From Armatimonadota bacterium (GTDB lineage: Bacteria > Armatimonadota > HRBIN16), in assembly GCA_963677485.1 (NCBI GenBank), contig OY781964.1, forward strand, positions 160,001 through 224,000: a stretch of 64,000 nucleotides of DNA, in the 5' to 3' direction. The position numbers and the translations under genes were made by a program. Shown piece after piece: positions 21,960-30,946 of this stretch. Position 1 is the first letter of the stretch, and every line of letters starts with the position of its first letter. The notes beneath the pieces are model-generated. The model ran no database searches, was not told where the DNA came from, and was given only the letters and a program-made list of their open reading frames with translations.

Positions 21960-22733
21960 TCAGATCGCGTAATTCAACCGCTTCCATACCATATGCAGTC
22001 CATCCAGGGTCAGCCAGGGGTCTACATGCTCAATCAGCTTGCAGGCCTGGGCTACAAGCGCGGCGTGCCCACCGGTTGCTATCACCACAGGGTCTCCCCC
22101 CAGCTCATCAGCCACGCGAGATATCATCGCGTCGATACCACCAGCATAACTGTAGTACAACCCGCTCTGCATCGCTTCGACAGTGCTTTTACCGATGGCA
22201 TGGAGTGGCGGTTCAATGCTCACACGGGGCAGTCTGGAGGTCTTCAGGTATAGTCCTTCGGCGCTGGTCTCAAGACCAGGCAAAATTACTCCGCCGTAGT
22301 AAGCCGGTGTGGCGTCCACCACATCAAACGTCGTGGCGGTACCCAAGTCTACTACGATGGCCGGCGCTCGGTACTTCTGAACTGCTGCGACCGCATTGAC
22401 CAGCCGGTCCGCACCAATCTCCAGGGGATTAGGGTAGTTGATACCAATCCCCAAGTCCATGCTGGCGTTGATGAACAGTGGCGTGGTGCCGAAGTAAACC
22501 TCAATGGCCTGTGTCATTGTGCTGTTCAGAGGGGGCACGACGTTGCCCACGATCGCCCCTTTGATCAGCGTCGGGTGCAGGCCCACGATTTGCATCAAGT
22601 GCGTAAACAGCAGGCCATACTCGTCAGCGGTGCGCTGCCGGTCGGTACGCACACGCCAATGATGCCTCAGCCGCGAGCCGTCGTATAGTCCCAGCACGAT
22701 GTTGGTATTACCGATATCTACGGCCAGCAGCAT
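21960..22733 (-). CDS. coaX: Type III pantothenate kinase
   Basis: LAVDIGNTN, GADR, VVDLGTATT, GGVILPG. Confidence 0.95.
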   Translation of the reverse strand: MLLAVDIGNTNIVLGLYDGSRLRHHWRVRTDRQRTADEYGLLFTHLMQIVGLHPTLIKGAIVGNVVPPLNSTMTQAIEVYFGTTPLFINASMDLGIGINYPNPLEIGADRLVNAVAAVQKYRAPAIVVDLGTATTFDVVDATPAYYGGVILPGLETSAEGLYLKTSRLPRVSIEPPLHAIGKSTVEAMQSGLYYSYAGGIDAMISRVADELGGDPVVIATGGHAALVAQACKLIEHVDPWLTLDGLHMVWKRLNYAI

Positions 22734-22738
22734 CTAAA

Positions 22739-24088
22739 TCAGTCCTCTAGCTTCCCGCAGACCGCCAGCACTTTCTCAGCCAGGGCGTTAGCGACTTCCT
22801 GAACTTTTTGGGAATCACCCGCTTCTACCATCACGCGAACCTTAGGTTCGGTGCCACTGGCCCGGATGTTCACCCTGGAAGGCTCTCCAAGTTGATCCAG
22901 CCCCCACTGCTCATATTTCGCAGCTTCAGGGCTTAATGCCCACGCGTCTTTGTTCTTCACACGCATACTGAGTAGCCGTTGAGGGTATTCCTGCATGATG
23001 CCAGCAAGATCAGACATGGACTTGCCTGTCTTCTGCATGATGGCCAGCATTTGAAGGGCTGTTAAGAGACCGTCTCCCGTGGTGGCATATTCCGTAAAGA
23101 TGATATGTCCGCTCTTCTCACCGCCCAGACTGGCACTGGTGCTGCGCATCCGTTCCGCAACGTAACGGTCACCTACGGTGGTGCGCTGTACACTCACACC
23201 GCACTTCTCCATCGCATCATCAAGACCAAGGTTACTCATGATGGTGGCGACTAACAGGTTACCCTTCAAGCGGCCAGCCTCTTTAAAGTGTTTGGCAGCA
23301 ATGGCCATCATCCGGTCGCCATCTACCTCAACACCGTTTTGGTCGCCCATGATCACACGGTCAGCATCGCCATCAAAGCAGATACCGCACTGCGCACCAC
23401 GCTGCACGACGGTCTGAAGCATCGTCTCAGGATGCAGTGAGCCGCAGTTCTTATTGATGTTGGTGCCATCTGGCGAGCAGTTGATCGTGATCACGTCAGC
23501 ACCCAATGAGGCCAGCAGACGGGGTGCCACTTCGCTATTCGCTCCGTGTGCGGCATCCACCACAATCTTCATCCCTTCGAGGGTGCAGTCGATGCTCTCC
23601 CTGAGGTGCTGCAGATAGTCGCTCACCATCTCACCGCCATCTAGCACATGGCCGATCTTTTCGGCGCGCGCGTTGGCCATAGCTTCCCAGTTATTGAGTT
23701 GCTTTTCAATGGCGTCTTCAGTATCATCGGCCAGTTTACATCCGTCAGCACCGAGGAACTTGATGCCGTTGTCCGTGAAGTCGTTGTGACTGGCCGAAAT
23801 GACCACTCCAGCATCTGCACCGAACTTGCGCGTGAGATAGGCCACTGCGGGGGTAGGCACGACACCGAGCAGCGTCACATTCGCTCCCGCCGCGCATAGC
23901 CCTGCCACCAACCCGGCCTCCAGCATACTGCCAGAAAGCCTGGTGTCACGTCCAACCAAAACCATTGGAGCCGCCTCACCCGACCTCAGCACATGGGCAG
24001 CTGTCACCCCCATTTTCAATGCGAGCAGTGGTGTCAGAAGTTCGTTCGCAACGCCACGGACGCCGTCGGTACCGAATAGAGTGGCCAT
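22739..24088 (-). CDS. glmM: Phosphoglucosamine mutase
   Basis: FGTDGVRG, ISASHN, FDGDADR, GGEKSGH, RASGTEP. Confidence 0.95.
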   Translation of the reverse strand: MATLFGTDGVRGVANELLTPLLALKMGVTAAHVLRSGEAAPMVLVGRDTRLSGSMLEAGLVAGLCAAGANVTLLGVVPTPAVAYLTRKFGADAGVVISASHNDFTDNGIKFLGADGCKLADDTEDAIEKQLNNWEAMANARAEKIGHVLDGGEMVSDYLQHLRESIDCTLEGMKIVVDAAHGANSEVAPRLLASLGADVITINCSPDGTNINKNCGSLHPETMLQTVVQRGAQCGICFDGDADRVIMGDQNGVEVDGDRMMAIAAKHFKEAGRLKGNLLVATIMSNLGLDDAMEKCGVSVQRTTVGDRYVAERMRSTSASLGGEKSGHIIFTEYATTGDGLLTALQMLAIMQKTGKSMSDLAGIMQEYPQRLLSMRVKNKDAWALSPEAAKYEQWGLDQLGEPSRVNIRASGTEPKVRVMVEAGDSQKVQEVANALAEKVLAVCGKLED

Positions 24089-24184
24089 ATATTACCTCGT
24101 ATAAACATGTTTGCAGAAACTAAAATACACAGGCCAGAAATAACAGGCCAGTGTATTATGATATCAACACCAAGAACAGATCAC

Positions 24185-24781
24185 CTAATCCGCCTTGGCG
24201 ACGCCCACTTTACTGGCTCGAATCACCCGCTTATTGAGTGTGTATCCGCGCTCCAGTTCCAGCACAATGGTGTCATCTTCCACACCCTCTTCGGCAGGAA
24301 CTCGCATCATCGCTTCATGCCGGTTCGGGTCAAAAGCCACGCCGGCTGTTTCGATAACCTCGACGCCTTCATCGGTCAGTATCTTCATCAACTGAGCACG
24401 AACCATAGTGATGCCCTCAAGCACAGAGACGACGGAAGCGGTCTCAGTATCTACCTGCATGGCACGCTCAAAGTTATCGACTACGCCTAACAGCTTTTTG
24501 ACAAAACCCTCGAGTTTATACTGTCCGATCTCATCCATCTGCTGCTGCGTACGGCGTTTCAAGTTCTGGTAGTCCGCCACCTGCCTCAGGTAGGCGTCGT
24601 TCAACTGGTCAACTTTGGCACTCATCTCAGCCAGGTCAGCCTGCAACTGCGCCACATCAACCACGGGGCTGTCGTCACCCTGCGGTATTTCTGAATTGGC
24701 GGTGTCGGCAGTGGCCTGTTCTGAAGTGCCGTCAATGACCGTATCTGGATTGTTTGTTGTTCTTTTTGTATTGCGTTTCAT
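24185..24781 (-). CDS. grpE: Nucleotide exchange factor GrpE
   Basis: ADYQNLKRR, VDNFERA, FDPNRHEA, GYTLNKRVIRASKVGV. Confidence 0.95.
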   Translation of the reverse strand: MKRNTKRTTNNPDTVIDGTSEQATADTANSEIPQGDDSPVVDVAQLQADLAEMSAKVDQLNDAYLRQVADYQNLKRRTQQQMDEIGQYKLEGFVKKLLGVVDNFERAMQVDTETASVVSVLEGITMVRAQLMKILTDEGVEVIETAGVAFDPNRHEAMMRVPAEEGVEDDTIVLELERGYTLNKRVIRASKVGVAKAD

Positions 24782-24848
24782 TTGTGTCTCCTGACCATAT
24801 CCTGTTGTTGCTATTAATTACATTGTACCAACGATACAGAAAAGGCCC

Positions 24849-25898
24849 TCAATCGGCGATGCTCATCTTGTCCATCAACTGAGACAGTGCCTGGGCGATC
24901 GCCTCCACTGCGGCGATAGCGATGGGATAGTTCATCCTGGTTGGTCCCAAAACACACAACTTCCCCATGCGCTGGTCACCAGCATGGTAGGTCGTCACCA
25001 CAAAACTGAAGTGCCGAAGCTTCTCAAGCGGGTTTTCATCACCGATGGTGGTATGGGCATTGGGAGGTAAAGTCAGTTGATGAAGCAGTTTTGCCATAGC
25101 CCCAGTGTCACTGAACAGCTCCATCACAGGGCTCAGACGGTCCGAAGATTGGAACTCAGGCTGCTCAAGAAGGTATTGCAGGCCATCCCAAAACATTCTC
25201 TGCCGGTTCAAAGCCTGAACACAACTCTCCATCGCAGATTCCACCATTTGCCATACAGGTTCCAGATGATGCAGCTCATTGGGCAGCACAATCGACCCAG
25301 CCATGATCTCATCGATAGACTTACTAGCCCAGTAGTCATTTCCTAACTGGTTGAGTGTGGAAAGTTGGGGCTGGGTCAAACCAGTCTCCAGCGTGATGAG
25401 CCTGTGCTCGACCATGCCAGAATCTGCGATCACCACCAAAACCAGCTTGTCAGCCGATGGTTTTGTCAGAAGCACCTCTTTGATGGAGCCACTGCGTCCA
25501 TGAGGCGCCGTCGCCACACAAGCGGTGTGGGTGGCATCTGCCAACAGCTTACATGTAGCCGCCAACAGCCAGTCTATCTCGCCTATGTGCGAACTATGCA
25601 GCCCCATCGTACCGATATCACTAAGCTCTGGATACTCGGAAGATGGCTGCGTGGGCATCAAGCGGTCGACGAAGTATCGATACCCCATGCACGACGGGAT
25701 ACGTCCGGCACTGGTATGTGGCTGAAGGAGGTAGCCAAGGTCGCTCATTTCGGCCATTTCATTGCGTACAGTCGCAGCACGCACTCCAAGGGGGTAGCGT
25801 TCTACCAGCCCACTTGAGCCTACAGGTTCGGCCGAATGGACATAGTCATTTATAATCGCTTGAAGGATAACAGATTTTCGGCTGTCTAATATACGCAT
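24849..25898 (-). CDS. hrcA: Heat-inducible transcription repressor HrcA
   Basis: EPVGS, ATVRNEM, QPHTSAGRIPS, GPTRMNY. Confidence 0.95.
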   Translation of the reverse strand: MRILDSRKSVILQAIINDYVHSAEPVGSSGLVERYPLGVRAATVRNEMAEMSDLGYLLQPHTSAGRIPSCMGYRYFVDRLMPTQPSSEYPELSDIGTMGLHSSHIGEIDWLLAATCKLLADATHTACVATAPHGRSGSIKEVLLTKPSADKLVLVVIADSGMVEHRLITLETGLTQPQLSTLNQLGNDYWASKSIDEIMAGSIVLPNELHHLEPVWQMVESAMESCVQALNRQRMFWDGLQYLLEQPEFQSSDRLSPVMELFSDTGAMAKLLHQLTLPPNAHTTIGDENPLEKLRHFSFVVTTYHAGDQRMGKLCVLGPTRMNYPIAIAAVEAIAQALSQLMDKMSIAD

Positions 25899-26065
25899 CT
25901 AATCACCCATATATATATGTACGCCATCTTGGTAATAATGCGCAAATCTGTACGCTATGTGCTGGTAGAATAAACAGGAAGTAATTTGCTACCATCGCTT
26001 GTACGGAGTGATGGCGGTAGCGTGATAATCGATCTGCAACCTGAAAGTGATAGGAGCCTTCCACC

Positions 26066-26479
26066 ATGAAATCAGCAACAAAATATCTGTATATCAACAC
26101 GACGAAACGCCGTGAATACATCAACATCACCAACGAAGTCAGCAGTCTCGTGCGCGAGTGCGGAATACGTGAGGGGTTTGTGCTGGTGAGTGCCATGCAT
26201 ATAACCGCCGCCGTATACGTGAACGACGCAGAAGACGGCTTAATTCAAGACATAGATGAGTGGCTTGAGAAACTCGCTCCAGCTAACCCCAACTACTTGC
26301 ACCATAATACCGGTGAAGATAATGGTGATGCCCATCTGAAGTGCCTGCTGCTGCACCATGAAGTCATAGTGCCAATCACACAAGGAACACTAGACCTGGG
26401 TACATGGCAGCAGATTTACTACGCCGAATTTGACGGCATGCGCCGAAAAAGAATTATTATCAAAGCCATAGGAGACTAA
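26066..26479 (+). CDS. yjbQ: YjbQ/UPF0047 family protein
   Basis: [32 protein letters not shown]. Confidence 0.9.
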   Translation: MKSATKYLYINTTKRREYINITNEVSSLVRECGIREGFVLVSAMHITAAVYVNDAEDGLIQDIDEWLEKLAPANPNYLHHNTGEDNGDAHLKCLLLHHEVIVPITQGTLDLGTWQQIYYAEFDGMRRKRIIIKAIGD

Positions 26480-26487
26480 AATTTCAT

Positions 26488-28299
26488 ATGTCCACCTCAC
26501 AACAGGCCGTGGTGCCAGGGAACACCCTGTGTGAGATCTTCTGGAATGTCGTAAGGAGCACACCCGATCAGCCCGCTCTGGGCCGGATCGTAAACAAAAC
26601 AATCCAGTCGATCACATACCGCGAATATGGACGTCAGGTTAAGTGTTTAGCCAACGGACTCTCGCAGTTAGGCATAGGCTCAGCCACACCAGCACTTATT
26701 ATCTCCGAAAACCGAAAAGAATGGGCCATCACCGACTTGGCTATGCTATGCCTTGGTGCCATTCTAGTTCCTGTATACACCACACTGCCGGTCGGGCAGA
26801 TCGTTCATCTCGCCTCCGATTCACAGGCAACTACTATCTTTGCCAGTAGCAAAGAACTGGTAGCTAAAGCACGTGAAGTGCAGAGCCAGGTACCGTCTGT
26901 CAAGCGAGTGATTGTGTTTGAGGACTATACCGACCGTCCAGATGACGTGCTGCTGTGGAGCGATCTGCAGGAATCAGGCAGCAAATCCGCCCCTTCAGAT
27001 GACCAATTTGCCCAGCAAATTGCCCAGGTCAAATCGAATCAGCTTGCCACCATCATTTATACCAGCGGTACCACCGGTCTGCCCAAGGGCGTGATGCTGA
27101 CACACCACAACATCGTGTCAGATATGAAATCTATATTTCGAGTTATTTATCCCGTACCTGAAGACACATTTCTATCATTCCTACCATTGAGTCATGTGTT
27201 CGAACGCACAGGCGGTCACTACGTGCCGATGGCGGTCGGTGCCCACATCATCTACTGCCGTAGCCTGTTCACAGTGGCTGAAGACCTTCAAATTGTAAAA
27301 CCGACTATCATGATGGCAGTGCCCCGCTTCTTTGAGAGTATCAAGGCGCATATGTTTGACAAGGTGCGCCGGCTGACCCTTCCACAACAGAAGGCGTTCC
27401 AGTGGTCGTTGAAAATCGGGCGCACCACCTGGCAAATGAAGCGTGAAGGCACACTGACAAAAGCACAGGAGATGCTATACCACACCGCAGATAAAGCGGC
27501 GTTGAGTAAAACCCGTGAGTTTACCGGCGGCAACCTGCGTTTCTTTATCTCCGGTGGCGCAGCCATCGACACAGAGACGGCCTATTTGTTCCTGTCACTG
27601 GGCATCCCATTCATCGAAGGATATGGGCTCACCGAGACATCACCCGTGTTAACCGTCGGCACCAGCGACATCTACCGGCCAGGTACCATCGGCAAGCCGA
27701 TACCTGGTGTGGAGGTGCGCATTGCCGAGGACGGGGAACTGCTGGCACGCGGCGAGAACATCATGAAGGGTTACCATAACCGCCCTCAGGCTACCGCCGA
27801 GGCGATTGACGCTGAAGGCTGGCTGCACACTGGCGATCTTGGCTCCATAGACGATGAGGGCATCATTAAGATCGTCGGTCGCAAGAAAGAGATCATCGTG
27901 CTGGCCAACGGTAAGAATGTGGCCCCGCAGGTGGTTGAAAGCGATCTGCGACAGTCACCTTTCATCAAGGAGATCGTGCTGTTCGGCGATGAGCAGGTCA
28001 CACTAGTGGCGCTCATCACCCTGGACAGAACCAAGATGGAAGAGTGGGCGAAGCGCCAGAGGATACAAGCCGATAGCTATGAGCAGCTCCTGCAGAACAC
28101 CGATGTCATCAAACACATACGGAAAGAGCTGGAACAACGATCAAGCCAACTGGCTGACTTTGAGCGTGTGAAGAAATTCAAGCTGCTGGCCAATGACTTT
28201 ACGGTAGACGGCGGGGAGCTGACCCCTACGCTGAAGACCAGGCGGCATGAAATACGGGCAAAGTATGCAACGGAAATCGAGAGCATGTTCCGGCACTAA
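26488..28299 (+). CDS. Long-chain fatty acid-CoA ligase (AMP-dependent synthetase)
   Basis: IIYTSGTTGLPKGV, EGYGLTETSP, WLHTGDLG, ELTPTLK. Confidence 0.92.
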   Translation: MSTSQQAVVPGNTLCEIFWNVVRSTPDQPALGRIVNKTIQSITYREYGRQVKCLANGLSQLGIGSATPALIISENRKEWAITDLAMLCLGAILVPVYTTLPVGQIVHLASDSQATTIFASSKELVAKAREVQSQVPSVKRVIVFEDYTDRPDDVLLWSDLQESGSKSAPSDDQFAQQIAQVKSNQLATIIYTSGTTGLPKGVMLTHHNIVSDMKSIFRVIYPVPEDTFLSFLPLSHVFERTGGHYVPMAVGAHIIYCRSLFTVAEDLQIVKPTIMMAVPRFFESIKAHMFDKVRRLTLPQQKAFQWSLKIGRTTWQMKREGTLTKAQEMLYHTADKAALSKTREFTGGNLRFFISGGAAIDTETAYLFLSLGIPFIEGYGLTETSPVLTVGTSDIYRPGTIGKPIPGVEVRIAEDGELLARGENIMKGYHNRPQATAEAIDAEGWLHTGDLGSIDDEGIIKIVGRKKEIIVLANGKNVAPQVVESDLRQSPFIKEIVLFGDEQVTLVALITLDRTKMEEWAKRQRIQADSYEQLLQNTDVIKHIRKELEQRSSQLADFERVKKFKLLANDFTVDGGELTPTLKTRRHEIRAKYATEIESMFRH

Positions 28300-28366
28300 G
28301 CCATACCATGGGGCGTAGTTTCTGCGCCCCTCTACCCCATTTGTTTTACCGCAACGGATTATACCC

Positions 28367-28561
28367 CTACCCTAAGATCGCCTGCACACGCCCCACTTTA
28401 CCATCAGTGAGCATCACCTTGATGCCGTGCGGGTGCGTCGCGCTGCTGGTCAGCAGCCGTGCCACCACACCTTCCGTGCGTTGACCTGTTGGCTGGTTCT
28501 GCTTCTCCACGATACTCACCCGCTTGCCGGGTGTGATCTCACTACGTGCTGGTACTGGCAT
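28367..28561 (-). CDS. YwbE/DUF2196 family small protein
   Basis: LLTSSATHPHGIKVMLTDGKVGRV; AAGGAG RBS. Confidence 0.85.
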   Translation of the reverse strand: MPVPARSEITPGKRVSIVEKQNQPTGQRTEGVVARLLTSSATHPHGIKVMLTDGKVGRVQAILG

Positions 28562-28583
28562 GTTTTCTCCTTGTAGTTAACTA

Positions 28584-28670
28584 GTCGTAGGGGCATCCCT
28601 TGTGGGCGCCCGCAACAAGAACTATCGATTGATCAACGATTAGGGTGCCCACAAGGAACGCCCCTACGAC
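28584..28670. repeat. REPIN (inverted pair of GTAG-type REPs)
   Basis: gtcgtaggggcatcccttgtgggcgccc ... gggtgcccacaaggaacgcccctacgac. Confidence 0.85.
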
Positions 28671-28812
28671 ATTATAAATCTCAGCCTATGCTGCCGTGCA
28701 TGCACGGTCGGGTGCTATTTTTATACCATCAGTCATCCTCTACATAATACTCCGCTGGTAACAACACCAAAGCGGTGGTATCATACCGCTAAATACACAG
28801 CAGGAGTGGCGC

Positions 28813-29859
28813 ATGCTGAAACCCTATCTGGAAGACTTGGAATCGCGTATCAATGAGCAGGACGAGCAAGCGCTGTTCGAGGAGTGGCTGAGGTTCACCA
28901 ACGGTCAGTTCGATGGGGAAATTTTCACGCCGCATCGACATTCACCTAGCCCTCCTTCCCTACCCTGGCCCAACCCCACCGTCAACGAGGCACTGGATGA
29001 CTTCGAAGCGATGGTGCTGCAGCAGTTGGGGCCGTGCTCCGCGCAGTTAGCCGCTGCGGGAGGTTCATTGCTCAACGTGCGGGCGAACTACGGCACCCCC
29101 ATCATCCCCTCGCTGTTTGGCGTGAAGCTTTATCGTATGGCTGACGCTCTGAACACCCTTCCCGCCAGTTGGCCGCTGGACGGCATCGAGGCGATTCGTG
29201 CGGTGGTAGACGGCGGTGTGCCTAACCTGCACCACTCACTGGGTGGACAGGCACTGGAAGCCGGTGCGCGGTATGTGGAGCTGTTCCGCGACTACCCGAA
29301 GATTTCGCGTTACGTGCATATATACCACCCCGATATGCAGGGGCCCATGGACCTTTGCGAGATGATATGGGGCAGCGGGATATTTATGGACAGCTACGAA
29401 CAACCTGAGCTGCTGCATGAGCTTCTGGAGGTGATCACACAAACCTACTCCGACTACATGCACGCCTGGGAGATGATCGTACCACATCGCGCCGATGGTC
29501 TGGCGGTGCATTGGGGGATGCTCACCAAAGGTCGGTTGATGCTGCGTGATGACTCGGCCATGAACTTCTCGCCGGCCATGTATCGTGAGTTCTTTGTGCC
29601 CTACGAGCAGCGTCTGCTCACGGAGTTTGGCGGTGGGGCCATGCATTTCTGCGGCCGAGGCACCCACTTCGTGCCCATCGCCACCACCCTGAAAGGTCTA
29701 TACGCCATCAACCTCAGTCAGCCTGAATGCAACAACATGGAGGCCATCTACCAGGCCACAGTTGACCGTGGGACACCCCTCATCGGGTTCTCCGGCCCCG
29801 AGGCCCAGCGTACATTGTCTGCAGGGCGTGATCTGCATTCGCTGGTGCATGTGGCTTGA
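28813..29859 (+). CDS. Uroporphyrinogen decarboxylase / methyltransferase (URO-D-like) superfamily protein
   Basis: DMQGPMD, LRDDSA..FSP.MY.EF..PY, HFCG motifs. Confidence 0.65.
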   Translation: MLKPYLEDLESRINEQDEQALFEEWLRFTNGQFDGEIFTPHRHSPSPPSLPWPNPTVNEALDDFEAMVLQQLGPCSAQLAAAGGSLLNVRANYGTPIIPSLFGVKLYRMADALNTLPASWPLDGIEAIRAVVDGGVPNLHHSLGGQALEAGARYVELFRDYPKISRYVHIYHPDMQGPMDLCEMIWGSGIFMDSYEQPELLHELLEVITQTYSDYMHAWEMIVPHRADGLAVHWGMLTKGRLMLRDDSAMNFSPAMYREFFVPYEQRLLTEFGGGAMHFCGRGTHFVPIATTLKGLYAINLSQPECNNMEAIYQATVDRGTPLIGFSGPEAQRTLSAGRDLHSLVHVA

Positions 29860-29871
29860 ATGTGATAGGGC

Positions 29872-30260
29872 GGGGCGTCCCTTGTGGGCGCCCGCTCATT
29901 AGCTGGCTCGAATGCCAAAGTCCGGGGCGGTCTGTGCGCAGGCGAGCGGTGGCAGGAGGCTCAAGACCGCGCCGGTCTAGCGGATAGCCACCAAAGACTG
30001 GTGTCGGGAACAAGCACTCGCCCGTGAAGGCACGGCAGCCCAGGCTGCAACTGATGGTGCCGGCAAATGGCCACGGGTTCAGTCACCCCACGGGACTGGC
30101 GTCCCTAAGGGGTTTCCTCACCGCGTGGCTGATCATTAGCGGCCGGCGTCGCTTCGCTCCGGCCGGCGCAGGGCATGTCCCCGCGTCCGCTTCAGCGGAC
30201 AGCCAGATGATAAGCGACGGGTGACGAGGCCTGCTTGAGCGGGCTGATGGAACCCGTCGC
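29872..30260 (+). ncRNA. Candidate large structured non-coding element (unassigned), preceded by a single REP
   Basis: More than a dozen nested helices found by eye, with G-T pairs on the + strand; no credible ORF; lies between convergent genes. Confidence 0.45.
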
Positions 30261-30310
30261 AGTTTGGCGGCATAACTTTAATAACGACCAGTTGCTTACA
30301 GTAGCCGCAG

Positions 30311-30946
30311 TTATACCTTGGCGATGCGAAGCAGCTCCTGGATCTTCTCGTCTTCCACTTCGTTCAGAATCACGCCAGCAGCGGCGGCGGAACACATCAT
30401 CCGGCAGCTCTGCTCAAACGACAGAACGCGCATCATCAAGCCTCGCATGGTGGCATGCATACAGATAATCCCGTGGTTTGCAAGGATGATGGAATCATGA
30501 TCCACGGCCATCTCCGACACTGCGTCGGCTAACGGCTGGGAGCCAGGAAATAGAAACGGCACACGCCCTACTCGTCCCAGATATACCATCACCTCAACGG
30601 TGGCCGTTTGGTTGGGCATTAGGTCGGTACACGCCAACAGCGTGCTGTAGTGCGGGCTCAAATGCGCTACAAAATTCACCTCAGGCCGTAGTTTGTATAT
30701 TCCGAGATGCATTTGCCACTCCACACTGGGACGCGGACCGCTATTTTCAGACCCATCCATATGGCACAGGCTCATCTCATCAAGCTGCAGCTCAGAAACC
30801 CAGCTTCCACTCGCCGAAATCAAAAAAGTCTCATCGTCTATTCGGGCACTGATATTGCCAGTTGACCCCCAGGCGATCTGATTATCACGTAACACACGAG
30901 ATATCCCAAGCATATTCTGCTGGGCCTCTTCTAATTGGATACTCAC
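30311..30946 (-). CDS. Class II aldolase/adducin family protein
   Basis: GSTGNISAR, PSVEWQMHLGIY, ILANHGII; GTG start overlaps the upstream stop (GTGA). Confidence 0.85.
   Translation of the reverse strand: MSIQLEEAQQNMLGISRVLRDNQIAWGSTGNISARIDDETFLISASGSWVSELQLDEMSLCHMDGSENSGPRPSVEWQMHLGIYKLRPEVNFVAHLSPHYSTLLACTDLMPNQTATVEVMVYLGRVGRVPFLFPGSQPLADAVSEMAVDHDSIILANHGIICMHATMRGLMMRVLSFEQSCRMMCSAAAAGVILNEVEDEKIQELLRIAKV

Noticed and set aside
30001-30215. Cobalamin riboswitch reading of the structured element (GGGAA, GCAACTG, GCCACGGG, AGCCAG)
   Set aside because: The B12 box lacks the GACC-TGCC part, there is no GGGAAG partner, and no downstream gene on the same strand.
30221-30247. Box C/D-like kink-turn (gtgacga / ctga)
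   Set aside because: The required register conflicts with the stronger flanking helices.
29860-30310. tmRNA, SRP RNA, 6S RNA or group II intron
   Set aside because: No tRNA-like ends, SRP helix-8 motif, single rod with central bubble, or domain V visible; the short ORFs here lack RBS and protein-like content.
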